Of a DNA stretch of 64,000 bases, positions 11,832 to 27,599 are shown piece by piece (within the stretch, counting starts at the first letter, position 1; each line of letters starts with the position of its first letter). The notes below the pieces were generated by a model. The model searched no databases and was not told the origin of the DNA. It saw only the letters and a list, made by a program, of their open reading frames with translations. Both the position numbers and the translations under genes were made by a program. Source of the DNA: Eledone cirrhosa (lineage: Eukaryota); assembly GCA_964016885.1 (NCBI GenBank), contig OZ024760.1:10602001-10666000 (forward strand). Reading direction: 5' to 3'.

Positions 11832-13226
11832 TTAAAGTACAGAAAAAATAATATGATATAGAGAGATATGTGTTTTGTTCATATTCAATAACTGTTGTAG
11901 GGGAAAAACCCTGAACACCCCTGCGTAACTAAAAGTGGACTAGGCGAAATGTCTATAATAACTGAAGTGAACTGTTAGTTAGACAGTGTACAGTACATAG
12001 TCTCTTGTTGGTAGTTCGAAATTATGTCTGGGCAATACTTTGGTGCTACCCATGTTTGTAGAGATATACAAAACAGGTATGTCACACCACTATAACAATA
12101 ACAACAGATGCAACAATGAGCATTTTAAGATCATCTTTCCTGTTAAAGCAGGGGTTTAAACTTGTTGTGACTCCCATGACAAGTTTCTCCATTGTCCCTG
12201 CCGATTGTCTGCATCTCCTCCTTCACCAACATCCTGGTTATTAACTCCTACCCCGTATTATCTTTACTTTCTACTACATCCATCACTGGTTCTATTCCTC
12301 TCACCCAGTTACCGTCACCCTTCCTTAACACATGACCCAACATCTCATTCCATTTCTCTTCACAACATCCATCACTCGCTTTATTTCCATCATATAAGAA
12401 AATTAGCTATGTTACTAACTCCTTCCTAGTTCTTGATTATTTTCAAAATATACTGAAAATAATAGAAAATTGGGTGGGATTTAGTGATATAGTTAATTTT
12501 CTTATGTTCCAAACACCAGATAAATAATAACTAAAATTTTCTTACTTAAAATTATGATGGAAGGATTAAATTTAAATATGAAACATCCCGGTGGAAGGAA
12601 GCCACAATAGCGGAAGACCTGGATGGAAGTGGTGAGAGCTGATATCAGATCGCTCAAGCTTACGGAGGAGATGACAAAGGAACGCGACAAAGATGCTGTA
12701 CTGAAAAGGACCTGTCCAACCCATGCAAACGTGGAACAATAGATGTATAATGAGGATCTTAACACAAACAGCTTTTTCTCAAAGAACCAGAAACTGTTAG
12801 TTAATCTATATTATAAAAGACAAGCTGATCTGTCGTTCGTCGTTCCCGTCACAACATATATGTAAGAGGGAGGAAGGGGAGGAGAAAAGTTGTTGAGAGA
12901 GAGAGAGAGTGTGTGTGAAAGAGAGGTAGATTATTGATGATGACAGACTTTTTAAAAAAAACTTAAGTGCAAGTCTGTCAACACTTTAGTTTCTATGGTG
13001 ACAACACTCCCTTCTATCTATCAAACACACACTCTCTCTCCCTCTCACTGTATTTCTCACTCAACAACTTTTCACGCCTCCCATGTTCTCTCTCCTCCTA
13101 CATATATGCGTGAAAAGTTGTTGTTGAGAGAAAGAGAGAGAGAGAGAGTGAAAGATAGATCATTTAACATGCTGTTAGCAACACAGGGCACCATAAGAAT
13201 AATCTCCCCTTAATAGATAATGTAGT

Positions 13227-14100
13227 CATCATCATCACCGTTTTACATCCGTTCTTCCATGCTAGCATGGGTTAGACGGGTTGTCCTGTTGTGGGCAGTA
13301 GCCGGTCGGCTGACCTTATCTTGCTCATACAAGAACTGATTCTGGCTTGATTTCTACAGCTGGATGCCCTTCCTAACGCCAACCTCATTTACAGTGAGTG
13401 CTGGGTGCTCTTTTTCCGTGGCACCTCCATGTCCACTTTACAGTGTGGGCTGGGTGCTTTTTTGCCGTGGCACCTCCATGTCCACTTTACAGTGTGGGCT
13501 GGGTGCTTTTTTGCCGTGGCACCTCCATGTCCACTTTACAGTGTGGGCTGGGTGCTTTTTTGCCGTGGCACCTCCATGTCCACTTTACAGTGTGGGCTGG
13601 GTGCTTTTTTGCCGTGGCACCTCCATGTCCACTTTACAGTGTGGGCTGAGTGCTTTTTTGCCGTGGCACCTCCATGTCCACTTTACAGTGTGGGCTGGGT
13701 GCTTTTTTGCCGTGGCACCTCCATGTCCACTTTACAGTGTGGGCTGAGTGCTTTTTTGCCGTGGCACCTCCATGTCCACTTTACAGTGTGGGCTGGGTGC
13801 TTTTTTGCCGTGGCACCTCCATGTCCACTTTACAGTGTGGGCTGGGTGCTTTTTTGCCGTGGCACCTCCATGTCCACTTTACAGTGTGGGCTGGGTGCTT
13901 TTTTGCCGTGGCACCTCCATGTCCACTTTACAGTGGAATGATAGGAACCCCAGTCCTATCATCTCATTCCTACAGCTGAGTAAACTGGGGCAATGTGAAA
14001 TAAAGAGTCTTGTTCAAGGAAACAACACATCACCTGGTCCAAGAATTGAGCTCACAACCTTTCGATTGCAAGGCCAATGCTCTAACCACTAAGCCATGTG
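13227..14100 (-). mobile_element. SINE family A with internal 49-bp unit expanded ~11 times (13400-13936)
   Basis: Intact head and tail around tandem gggtgcttttttgccgtggcacctccatgtccactttacagtgtgggct units. Confidence 0.92.
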
Positions 14101-14672
14101 TCATGGGAAACAAGTCATATAAACTACTAGCATGTTAAAGATTAAAGCATAATTCAACAATAGTGACATCATAGTAACAAAGGTATGTACATAATTAACA
14201 AATATTTTTACCAACAACAATATAGCGAAGGGGTTTTGCTAGTTTGGTATTAAAAAGATTAACAGACATCCTTTTTCTACATAAAGAACTTCATGATCAC
14301 AATCATGGCCATATAGCCAAGTTTGTCTTGCATTCACCTGGTTCCAGCTTTAATATCCTACAGTGCAGCACTTTGGGCAACTGTCTTCTGGTTAACTGAA
14401 GCTTTGGGACTGTAATTGGGTAGGCAGAGTCTGTGCCCAAGCCTTGTCTGAGGAACTGTATCTGTTCTTTGTTGGTAGACTTAATTCGTCAGCTGGTTTA
14501 ATCCCAATTCCCAACCTTTACAAAACTCCAATCTGTTTCAAGATTTTAGGCTAGATATACTACTACCACTACTACTATTATTATATATCTTGCTACTACT
14601 ACTACTGTTGTTATATATGTTACTACTACTACCACTACTACTACAACAACAACTAGAACAGTTAGGACTTAC

Positions 14673-14817
14673 CTGTAAGCTGTCAGCAGTAGTATTTCTT
14701 GAGTTAGTAGAGTTCTGAGTGATGTTTGCTGTGATCTGGTTGTGACAACAGGAATGGGCTGAGGTTAGTGACCTCGCAGGCATACTCACAAAAAAGTGTC
14801 GAAACTTGTCCAGGTGC
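14673..14817 (-). CDS. USP49: USP44/49-like exon following the Cys box
   Basis: TTTCTAG acceptor, GTAAG donor, phase 2 to 0. Reads (G)HLDKFRHFFVSMPARSLTSAHSCCHNQITANITQNSTNSRNTTADSLQ. Confidence 0.88.
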
Positions 14818-14866
14818 CTAGAAATGGAAAAAAAGAATACAACTGACAAAGTCAACCAATAAATTT

Positions 14867-15427
14867 TAATCCTTTCATTACCATATTTCTAATAAAAGAC
14901 ACTGTCTATGTCATTAATCCTTTCATTACCATATTTCTAATGAAAGACACTGTCTATGTCATTAACCCTTTCATTACCATATTTCTAATGAAAGACACTG
15001 TCTATGTCATTAATCCTTTCATTACCATATTTCTAATGAAAGACACTGTCTATGTCATTAACCCTTTCATTACCATATATCTAATGAAAGACACTGTCTA
15101 TGTCATTAACCCTTTCATTACCATATTTCTAATGAAAGACACTGTCTATGTCATTAATCCTTTCATTACCACATTTCTAATGAAAGACACTGTCTATGTC
15201 ATTAACCCTTTCATTACCATATTTCTAATGAAAGACACTGTCTATGCCATTAATCCTTTCATTACCATATTTCTAATGAAAGACACTGCCTATGTCATTA
15301 ACCCTTTCATTACCATATTTCTAATGAAAGACACTGTCTGTGTCATTAACCCTTTCATTACTATATTTCTAATGAAAGTCACTGCCTATGTCATTAACCC
15401 TTTCATTACCATATTTCTAATGAAAGA
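14867..15427 (+). repeat. 48-bp satellite containing a TTAACCCTTT MITE-like terminus (locus 1 of 3)
   Basis: Unit atgaaagacactgtctatgtcattaaccctttcattaccatatttcta. Confidence 0.95.
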
Positions 15428-16269
15428 AAATTTCAAAAATATAAAGATAAGAGAAATTTACAGATCACTCCTAAATAGGTTTAGTTGGCCTCCTACAAGG
15501 CTATATCCTCTACAAAACTATATCCCCTATAAGGCTGTATCTCCTATAAGGCTGTATCCCCTATAAGGCTGCATCCCCTATAAGGCTGTATCTCCTATGA
15601 GACCATATATCCTTAAGGTTAGATCTCATAGGAGGCAATATCTCATGTAGGGCTGCATCTCCTATAAAACCATATATCCTTGAGGTTGGATCTCATATAG
15701 GGCTGCATCTCCTACGAGGCTGCATCTTCTATGAAATTATCTCCTCCGACATTTCCTGGCTATTTTAATGCTAGATCTCCTTCCTATCATGCCCCCATAT
15801 GTCCAATGACAGGAGGTAAGATTTGAACTCACAACTCCCATAGCTGGAACTGAAACTATGGGACATGCTAACATTTACTCCCAGTTTCCTACTCTGGACT
15901 GGCACTTAATCAACCAGAAAAGGGTTGAAAGGTAAAGGGGATCTGGACAGGATTTGAACTCAAAATCAGGGAACCAGAACAGATTCTACAAGGTATATCC
16001 AATTAGATCCGAAAATTGACTAAAGGTGTTTATTATTTTTTTCAATTTACAGGGAAATTCTAATTTCCTGGCATGTTTCCAAGTCTACATATTAGATATG
16101 TATATATATTTATACAGTCTCAAGTACACACTCAGTATTTATATAAATATAACTTTACCATCTACTTTGGCAGCTAGCAAACTTCTTAATATATGCTACA
16201 AGGTATTTATTTATCCACTACTTTGAAAACTACTAGTTTGTCACAGAATTTTGGATTATTGATAATCAA

Positions 16270-19200
16270 TATCACCACCATTATCACTACTACCACTATT
16301 ACCACCACCATCGCAACTACTACCACTACCATCACCACTACTACCACTACCATCACCACTACTACCACTACCATCATCACTACTACCACTACCATCACCA
16401 CTACTACCACTACCATCATCACTACTACCACTACCATCACCACTACTACCACTACCATCATCACTACTACCACTACCATCATCACTACTACCACTACCAT
16501 CACCACTACTACCACTACCATCACCACTACTACCACTACCATCACCACTACTACCACTACCATCACCACTACTACCACTACCATCATCACTACTACCACT
16601 ACCATCACCACTACTACCACTACCATCACCACTACTACCACTACCACCATCACTACTACCACTACCATCACTACCATCACCACCACCATCACCACTACCA
16701 CCACTACCATCACCACTACTACCACTACCATCACCACTACTACCACTACCATCATCACTACTACCACTACTACCACTACCATCACCACTACTACCACTAC
16801 CATCATCACTACTACCACTACCATCATCACTACTACCACTACCATCACCACTACTACCACTACTACCACTACCATCACCACCATCACCACTACCATCACC
16901 ACTACCACCACTACCATCACCACTACTACCACCACCATCACCACTACCACCACTACCATCATCACTACTACCACTACCATCACCACTACTACCACTACCA
17001 TCACCACTACTACCACTACCATCACCACTACTACCACTACCATCACCACTACTACCACTACCATCACCACTACTACCACTACCATCACCACTACTACCAC
17101 TACTACCACTACCATCACCACTACTACCACTACCATCACCACTACTACCACTACCATCACCACTACTACCACTACCATCATCACTACTACCACTACTACC
17201 ATCATCACTACTACCACTACCATCACCACTACTACCACTACCATCACCACTACTACCACTACCATCATCACTACTACCACTACCATCACCACTACTACCA
17301 CTACCATCACCACTACTACCACTACCATCACCACTACTACCACTACCATCATCACTACTACCACTACCATCACCACTACTACCACTACCATCACCACTAC
17401 TACCACTACCATCATCACTACTACCACTACTACCATCACCACTACTACCACTACTACCACTACCATCACCACTACTACCACTACCATCACCACTACTACC
17501 ACTACTACCACTACCATCACCACTACTACCACTACCATCATCACTACTACCACTACCATCACCACTACTACCACTACCATCACCACTACTACCACTACCA
17601 TCACCACTACTACCACTACCATCACCACTACTACCACTACTACCACTACCATCATCACTACTACCACTACCATCACCACTACTACCACTACCATCACCAC
17701 TACTACCACTACCATCATCACTACTACCACTACCATCACCACTACTACCACTACCATCATCACTACTACCACTACCATCACCACTACTACCACTACCATC
17801 ACCACTACTACCACTACCATCACCACTACTACCACTACCATCATCACTACTACCACTACCATCACCACTACTACCACTACCATCACCACTACTACCACTA
17901 CTACCATCATCACTACTACCACTACCATCACCACTACTACCACTACTACCACTACCATCACCACTACTACCACTACCATCATCACTACTACCACTACCAT
18001 CACCACTACTACCACTACCATCATCACTACTACCACTACTACCATCATCACTACTATCACTACCATCACCACTACTACCACTACCATCACCACTACTACC
18101 ACTACCATCATCACTACTACCACTACCATCATCACTACTACCACTACCATCACCACTACTACCACTACCATCATCACTACTACCACTACCATCATCACTA
18201 CTACCACTACCATCATCACTACTACCACTACCATCACCACTACTACCACTACCATCACCACTACTACCACTACCATCACCACTACTACCACTACCATCAT
18301 CACTACTACCACTACCATCACCACTACTACCACTACCATCATCACTACTACCACTACCATCACCACTACTACCACTACCATCACCACTACTACCACTACT
18401 ACCATCACCACTACTACCACTACTACCACTACTACCACTACCATCACCACTACTACCACTACCATCATCACTACTACCACTACTACCACTACCATCACCA
18501 CTACCATCACCACTACTACCACTACTACCACTACCATCACCACTACTACCACTACCATCATCACTACTACCACTACCATCACCACTACTACCACTACCAT
18601 CATCACTACTACCACTACCATCACCACTACTACCACTACCATCACCACTACTACCACTACCATCATCACTACTACCACTACCATCACCACTACTACCACT
18701 ACCACCATCACCACTACTACCACTACCATCACCACTACTACCATCATCACTACTACCACTACCATCATCACTACTACCACTACCACCACTACCATCACCA
18801 CTACTACCACTACCATCACCACTACTACCACTACCATCACCACTACTACCACTACTACCACTACTACCATCACCACTACTACCACTACCATCACCACTAC
18901 TACCACTACCATCACCACTACTACCACTACCATCACCACTACTACCACTACTACCATCACCACTACTACCACTACCATCACCACTACCATCACCACTACT
19001 ACCACTACCATCATCACTACTACCACTACCATCACCACTACTACCACTACCATCACCACTACTACCACTACTACCACTACTACCACTACCATCACCACTA
19101 CTACCACTACCATCACCACTACTACCACTACCATCACCACTACTACCACTACCATCACCACTACTACCACTACCATCACCACTACTACCACTACCATCAT

Positions 19201-22200
19201 CACTACTACCACTACCATCACCACTACTACCACTACCATCACCACTACTACCACTACTACCACTACTACCACTACCATCACCACTACTACCACTACCATC
19301 ACCACTACTACCACTACCATCACCACTACTACCACTACCATCACCACTACTACCACTACCATCACCACTACTACCACTACTACCATCATCACTACTACCA
19401 CTACCATCACCACTACTACAACTACTACCACTACCATCATCACTACTACCACTACCATCACCACTACTACCACTACCATCACCACTACTACCACTACTAC
19501 CACTACCATCATCACTACTACCACTACTACCACTACCATCACCACTACTACCACTACCACCACCACTACTACCACTACCATCACCACTACTACCACTACC
19601 ATCACCACTACTACCACTACCATCACCACTACTACCACTACCATCACCACTATTACCACTACCATCACCACTACTACCACTACCATCACCACTACTACCA
19701 CTACCATCACCACTACTACCACTACCATCACCACTACTACCACTACCATCACCACTATTACCACTACCATCACCACTACTACCACTACCATCACCACTAC
19801 CACCACTACCATCACCACTACTACCACTACCATCACCACTACTACCACTACCATCACCACTATTACCACTACCATCACCACTACTACCACTACCATCACC
19901 ACTACTACCACTACCATCACCACTACTACCACTACCATCACCACTACTACCACTACCATCACCACTACTACCACTACCATCACCACTACTACCACTACCA
20001 TCATCACTATTACCACTACCATCACCACTACTACCACTACCATCACCACTACTACCACTACCATCATCACTACTACCACTACCACCACTACCATCACCAC
20101 TACTACCACTACCATCACCACTACTACCACTACTACCACTACCATCATCACTACTACCACTACCACCACTACCATCACCACTACTACCACTACCATCACC
20201 ACTACTACCACTACCATCATCACTACTACCACTACCATCATCACTACCATCACCACTACTACCACTACTACCACTACCATCACCACTACTACCACTACCA
20301 TCACCACTACTACCACTACCATCACCACTACCATCACCACTACTACCACTACCATCATCACTACTACCACTACCATCATCACTACTACCACTACCACTAC
20401 TACCACTACCATCACCACTACTACCACTACCATCATCACTACTACCACTACCACCACTACCATCACCACTACTACCACTACCATCACCACTACTACCACT
20501 ACCATCATCACTACTACCACTACCATCACCACTACTACCACTACCATCACCACTACTACCACTACCATCACTACTACTACCACTACCATCACCACTACTA
20601 CCACTACCATCATCACTACTACCACTACCACTACTACCACTACCATCACCACTACTACCACTACCATCATCACTACTACCACTACCACCATCACTACTAC
20701 CACTACCACCACTACCACCATCACTACTACCACTACCACCACTACCATCACCACTACTACCACTACCATCACCACTACTACCACTACCATCATCACTACT
20801 ACCACTACCACCATCACTACTACCACTACCACCACTACCATCATCACTACTACCACTACCATCACCACTACTACCACTACCATCACCACTACTACCACTA
20901 CCATCATCACTACTACCACTACCACCATCACTACTACCACTACCACCACTACCATCATCACTACTACCACTACCATCACCACTACTACCACTACCATCAC
21001 CACTACTACCACTACCATCATCACTACTACCACTACCATCACCACTACTACCACTACCATCATCACTACTACCACTACCATCATCACTACTACCACTACC
21101 ATCACCACTACTACCACTACCATCACCACTACTACCACTACCATCATCACTACTACCACTACCACCATCACTACCACCACTACCATCATCACTACTACCA
21201 CTACCATCACCACTACTACCACTACCATCATCACTACTACCACTACCATCACCACTACCACCACTACCATCATCACTACTACCACTACCACCACTACCAT
21301 CATCACTACTACCACTACCACCACTACCATCACCACTACTACCACTACCATCACCACTACTACCACTACCATCACCACTACCACCACTACTACCACTACC
21401 ATCATCACTACTACCACTACCACCACTACCATCATCACTACTACCACTACCATCACCACTACTACCACTACCATCACCACTACCACCACTACCATCATCA
21501 CTACTACCACTACCACCACTACCATCATCACTACTACCACTACCACCACTACCATCACCACTACTACCACTACTACCACTACCATCACCACTACCACCAC
21601 TACCATCACCACTACTACCACTACCATCACCACTACTACCACTACCATCATCACTACTACCACTACCACCATCACTACTACCACTACCACCACTACCATC
21701 ATCACTACTACCACTACCATCATCACTACTACCACTACCACCATCACTACTACCACTACTACCACTACCATCATCACTACCACCACTACCATCATCACTA
21801 CTACCACTACCATCATCACTACTACCACTACCATCACCACTACTACCACTACCATCATCACTACCACCACTACCATCATCACTACTACCACTACCATCAT
21901 CACTACCACCACTACCATCATCACTACTACCACTACCATCATCACTACTACCACTACCATCACCACTACCACCACTACCATCATCACTACTACCACTACC
22001 ACCACTACCATCATCACTACTACCACTACTACCACTACCATCACCACTACTACCACTACCATCACCACTACTACCACTACCATCATCACTACTACCACTA
22101 CCACCATCACTACTACCACTACCACCACTACCATCATCACTACTACCACTACTACCACTACCATCACCACTACCACCACTACCATCACCACTACTACCAC

Positions 22201-25200
22201 TACCATCACCACTACTACCACTACCATCATCACTACTACCACTACCACCACTACCATCATCACTACTACCACTACCATCACCACTACTACCACTACCATC
22301 ACCACTACTACCACTACCATCATCACTACTACCACTACTACCACTACCACCACTACCATCACCACTACTACCACTACCATCATCACTACTACCACTACCA
22401 TCACCACTACTACCACTACCATCATCACTACTACCACTACCACTACTACCACTACCATCACCACTACTACCACTACCATCATCACTACTACCACTACCAT
22501 CACCACTACTACCACTACCATCACCACTACTACCACTACCATCACCACTACTACCACTACCATCACCACTACTACCACTACCATCATCACTACTACCACT
22601 ACCACTACTACCACTACCATCACCACTACTACCACTACCACCATCACTACTACCACTACCACCACTACCACCATCACTACTACCACTACCACCACTACCA
22701 TCACCACTACTACCACTACTACCACTACCATCATCACTACTACCACTACCACCATCACTACTACCACTACCACCACTACCATCATCACTACTACCACTAC
22801 CATCATCACTACTACCACTACCATCACCACTACTACCACTACCATCATCACTACTACCACTACCATCACCACTACTACCACTACCATCACCACTACTACC
22901 ACTACCATCATCACTACTACCACTACCATCACCACTACTACCACTACCATCATCACTACTACCACTACCACCATCACTACTACCACTACCACCACTACCA
23001 TCATCACTACTACCACTACCATCACCACTACTACCACTACCATCACCACTACTACCACTACCATCATCACTACTACCACTACCATCACCACTACTACCAC
23101 TACCATCATCACTACTACCACTACCATCATCACTACTACCACTACCATCACCACTACTACCACTACCATCACCACTACTACCACTACCATCATCACTACT
23201 ACCACTACCACCACCACTACCATCATCACTACTACCACTACCATCACCACTACTACCACTACCATCATCACTACTACCACTACCATCACCACTACCATCA
23301 TCACTACTACCACTACCACCACTACCATCATCACTACTACCACTACCACCACTACCATCACCACTACTACCACTACCATCACCACTACTACCACTACCAT
23401 CACCACTACCACCACTACTACCACTACCATCATCACTACTACCACTACCACCACTACCATCATCACTACTACCACTACCATCACCACTACTACCACTACC
23501 ATCATCACTACTACCACTACCATCACCACTACCACCACTACCATCATCACTACTACCACTACCACCACTACCATCATCACTACTACCACTACCACCACTA
23601 CCATCACCACTACTACCACTACCATCACCACTACTACCACTACCATCACCACTACCACCACTACCATCACCACTACTACCACTACCATCACCACTACTAC
23701 CACTACCATCATCACTACTACCACTACCACCATCACTACTACCACTACCACCACTACCATCATCACTACTACCACTACCACCATCACTACTACCACTACT
23801 ACCACTACCATCATCACTACCACCACTACCATCATCACTACTACCACTACCATCATCACTACTACCACTACCATCACCACTACTACCACTACCATCATCA
23901 CTACCACCACTACCATCATCACTACTACCACTACCATCATCACTACCACCACTACCATCATCACTACTACCACTACCATCACCACTACTACCACTACCAT
24001 CATCACTACTACCACTACCATCACCACTACCACCACTACCATCATCACTACTACCACTACCACCACTACCATCATCACTACTACCACTACTACCACTACC
24101 ATCACCACTACTACCACTACCATCACCACTACTACCACTACCATCACCACTACTACCACTACCATCATCACTACTACCACTACCACCATCACTACTACCA
24201 CTACCACCACTACCATCATCACTACTACCACTACTACCACTACCATCACCACTACCACCACTACCATCACCACTACTACCACTACCATCACCACTACTAC
24301 CACTACCATCATCACTACTACCACTACCACCACTACCATCATCACTACTACCACTACCATCACCACTACTACCACTACCATCACCACTACTACCACTACC
24401 ATCATCACTACTACCACTACCACCACTACCATCATCACTACTACCACTACCACCACTACCATCACCACTACCACCACTACCATCACCACTACTACCACTA
24501 CCATCATCACTACTACCACTACCACCACTACCATCATCACTACTACCACTACTACCACTACCATCATCACTACTACCACTACCACCACTACCATCATCAC
24601 TACTACCACTACCACCACTACCATCACCACTACTACCACTACCATCATCACTACTACCACTACCACCATCACTACTACCACTACCACCACTACCATCACC
24701 ACTACTACCACTACCATCATCACTACTACCACTACCACCATCACTACTACCACTACCACCACTACCATCACCACTACTACCACTACCATCACCACTACTA
24801 CCACTACCATCATCACTACTACCACTACCATCATCACTACTACCACTACCACCACTACCATCACCACTACTACCACTACCACCATCACTACTACCACTAC
24901 CACCACTACCATCATCACTACTACCACTACCATCACCACTACTACCACTACCATCACCACTACTACCACTACCATCACCACTACTACCACTACCATCACC
25001 ACTACTACCACTACCATCATCACTACCACCACTACCATCACCACTACTACCACTACCATCACCACTACCACCACTACCATCACCACTACCACCACTACCA
25101 TCACCACTACTACCACTACCATCATCACTACTACCACTACCATCATCACTACTACCACTACCATCACCACTACTACCACTACCATCATCACTACTACCAC

Positions 25201-27160
25201 TACCATCACCACTACTACCACTACCATCATCACTACTACCACTACCACTACTACCACTACCATCACCACTACTACCACTACCATCACCACTACTACCACT
25301 ACCATCATCACTACTACCACTACCATCATCACTACTACCACTACCATCACCACTACTACCACTACCATCATCACTACTACCACTACCACTACTACCACTA
25401 CCATCACCACTACTACCACTACCATCACCACTACTACCACTACCATCACCACTACTACCACTACCATCACCACTACCACCACCATCGCAACTACTACCAC
25501 TACCATCACCACTACTACCACTACTACCACTACCATCACCACTACTACCACTACCATCATCACTACTACCACTACCATCACCACTACTACCACTACTACC
25601 ACTACTACCACTACCATCATCACTACTACCACTACCATCACCACTACTACCACTACCATCACCACTACTACCACTACCATCATCACTACCACCACTACTA
25701 CCACTACCATCACCACTACTACCACTACTACCACTACCATCATCACTACCACCACTACTACCACTACCATCATCACTACCACCACTACCATCATCACTAC
25801 TACCACTACCATCACCACTACTACCACTACCATCACCACTACTACCACTACCATCACCACTACTACCACTACCATCACCACTACTACCACTACCATCACC
25901 ACTACTACCACTACCATCATCACTACTACCACTACCATCACCACTACTACCACTACCATCACCACTACCACCACTACCATCATCACTACTACCACTACCA
26001 TCATCACTACTACCACTACCATCACCACTACTACCACTACCATCACCACTACTACCACTACCATCACCACTACTACCACTACCATCACCACTACTACCAC
26101 TACCATCATCACTACTACCACTACCATCACCACTACTACCACTACTACCACTACCATCACCACTACTACCACTACCATCACCACTACTACCACTACCATC
26201 ACCACTACTACCACTACCATCACCACTACTACCACTACTACCACTACCATCACCACTACTACCACTACCATCACCACTACTACCACTACCATCACCACTA
26301 CTACCACTACCATCACCACTACTACCACTACCATCACCACTACTACCACTACCATCACCACTACTACCACTACCATCACCACTACTACCACTACCATCAT
26401 CACTACTACCACTACCATCACCACTACTACCACTACTACCACTACCATCACCACTACTACCACTACCATCACCACTACTACCACTACCATCACCACTACT
26501 ACCACTACCATCACCACTACTACCACTACCATCACCACTACTACCACTACCATCACCACTACTACCACTACCATCATCACTACTACCACTACCATCACCA
26601 CTACTACCACTACTACCACTACCATCACCACTACTACCACTACCATCACCACTACTACCACTACCATCACCACTACTACCACTACCATCATCACTACTAC
26701 CACTACCATCACCACTACTACCACTACTACCACTACCATCACCACTACTACCACTACCATCACCACTACTACCACTACCATCACCACTACTACCACTACT
26801 ACCACTACCATCACCACTACTACCACTACCATCACCACTACTACCACTACCATCACCACTACTACCACTACCATCACCACTACTACCACTACCATCACCA
26901 CTACTACCACTACCATCATCACTACTACCACTACCATCACCACTACTACCACTACCATCATCACTACTACCACTACCATCACCACTACTACCACTACCAT
27001 CACCACTACTACCACTACCATCACCACTACTACCACTACCATCACCACTACTACCACTACCATCACCACTACTACCACTACCATCACCACTACTACCACT
27101 ACCATCACCACTACTACCACTACCATCACCACCACCCCACTATCATCATCATAATCACCA
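16270..27160. repeat. 10.9-kb ACC/ACT/ATC satellite with dominant 21-bp unit accatcaccactactaccact
   Basis: Continuous in-phase triplets; accounts for the 3653-aa and 3672-aa ORFs. Confidence 0.98.
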
Positions 27161-27192
27161 TGAGTGTACCAATAGAAATTGCTAGTACTTAC

Positions 27193-27326
27193 CCCAATAC
27201 CTGAAGAATTGAATTCATGTAACAAGTGTTGCCAAGGTTCCTAAGACCTGCTACACCAGGAATGAGTGTCTTCCCTGTAGAAATTGCTGAGTTAGGAGCC
27301 AACATCTCAACATTATTGCTTTTATC
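27193..27326 (-). CDS. USP49: USP44/49-like catalytic Cys-box exon
   Basis: GTAAG donor, TTGCAG acceptor at 27327-27328, phase 0 to 2. Reads [44 protein letters not shown](G). The acceptor is triplicated (see findings). Confidence 0.93.
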
Positions 27327-27556
27327 CTGCAATATTGCAAACGATATTATGTTAATAAAGTACCAGTAATACACTGGGTAATTGCTGGCCTTGTGCCAAA
27401 AGTAGAAACAATTATTGCTTTTATCCTGCAATATTGCAAACGATATTATGTTAATAAAGTACCAGTAATACACTGGGTAATTGCTGGCCTTGTGCCAAAA
27501 GTAGAAACAATTATTGCTTTTATCCTGCAATATTGCAAACGATATTATGTTAATAA
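27312..27556. repeat. 99-bp tandem repeat (2.5 copies) made of the splice-acceptor region plus a SINE B 3' fragment
   Basis: attattgcttttatcctgcaatattgcaaacgatattatgttaataa starts at 27312, 27411 and 27510. Confidence 0.95.
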
Positions 27557-27599
27557 CACAAGGAACAATCATCTATATTAGCAGTGTCAAAATATTCCA

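Noticed and set aside
14338-14515. Possible extra minus-strand USP exon with a GTGAA donor
   Set aside because: There is a stop in the required phase, and the sequence resembles a decayed SINE (gcactttgggcaactgtcttct).
16193-27225. 3653-aa Thr/Ile 'mucin' and 3672-aa Val/Met ORFs
   Set aside because: These are translations of a triplet satellite inside a GT-AG intron whose flanking exons join in frame (LQVLG|HLDKFR). There is no signal peptide, and the USP frame stops immediately after the donor.
27193-27274. Shorter Cys-box exon using the TTTCTACAG acceptor at 27275-27276
   Set aside because: Phase 1, incompatible with the phase-0 donor at 28234 unless an unseen exon intervenes.
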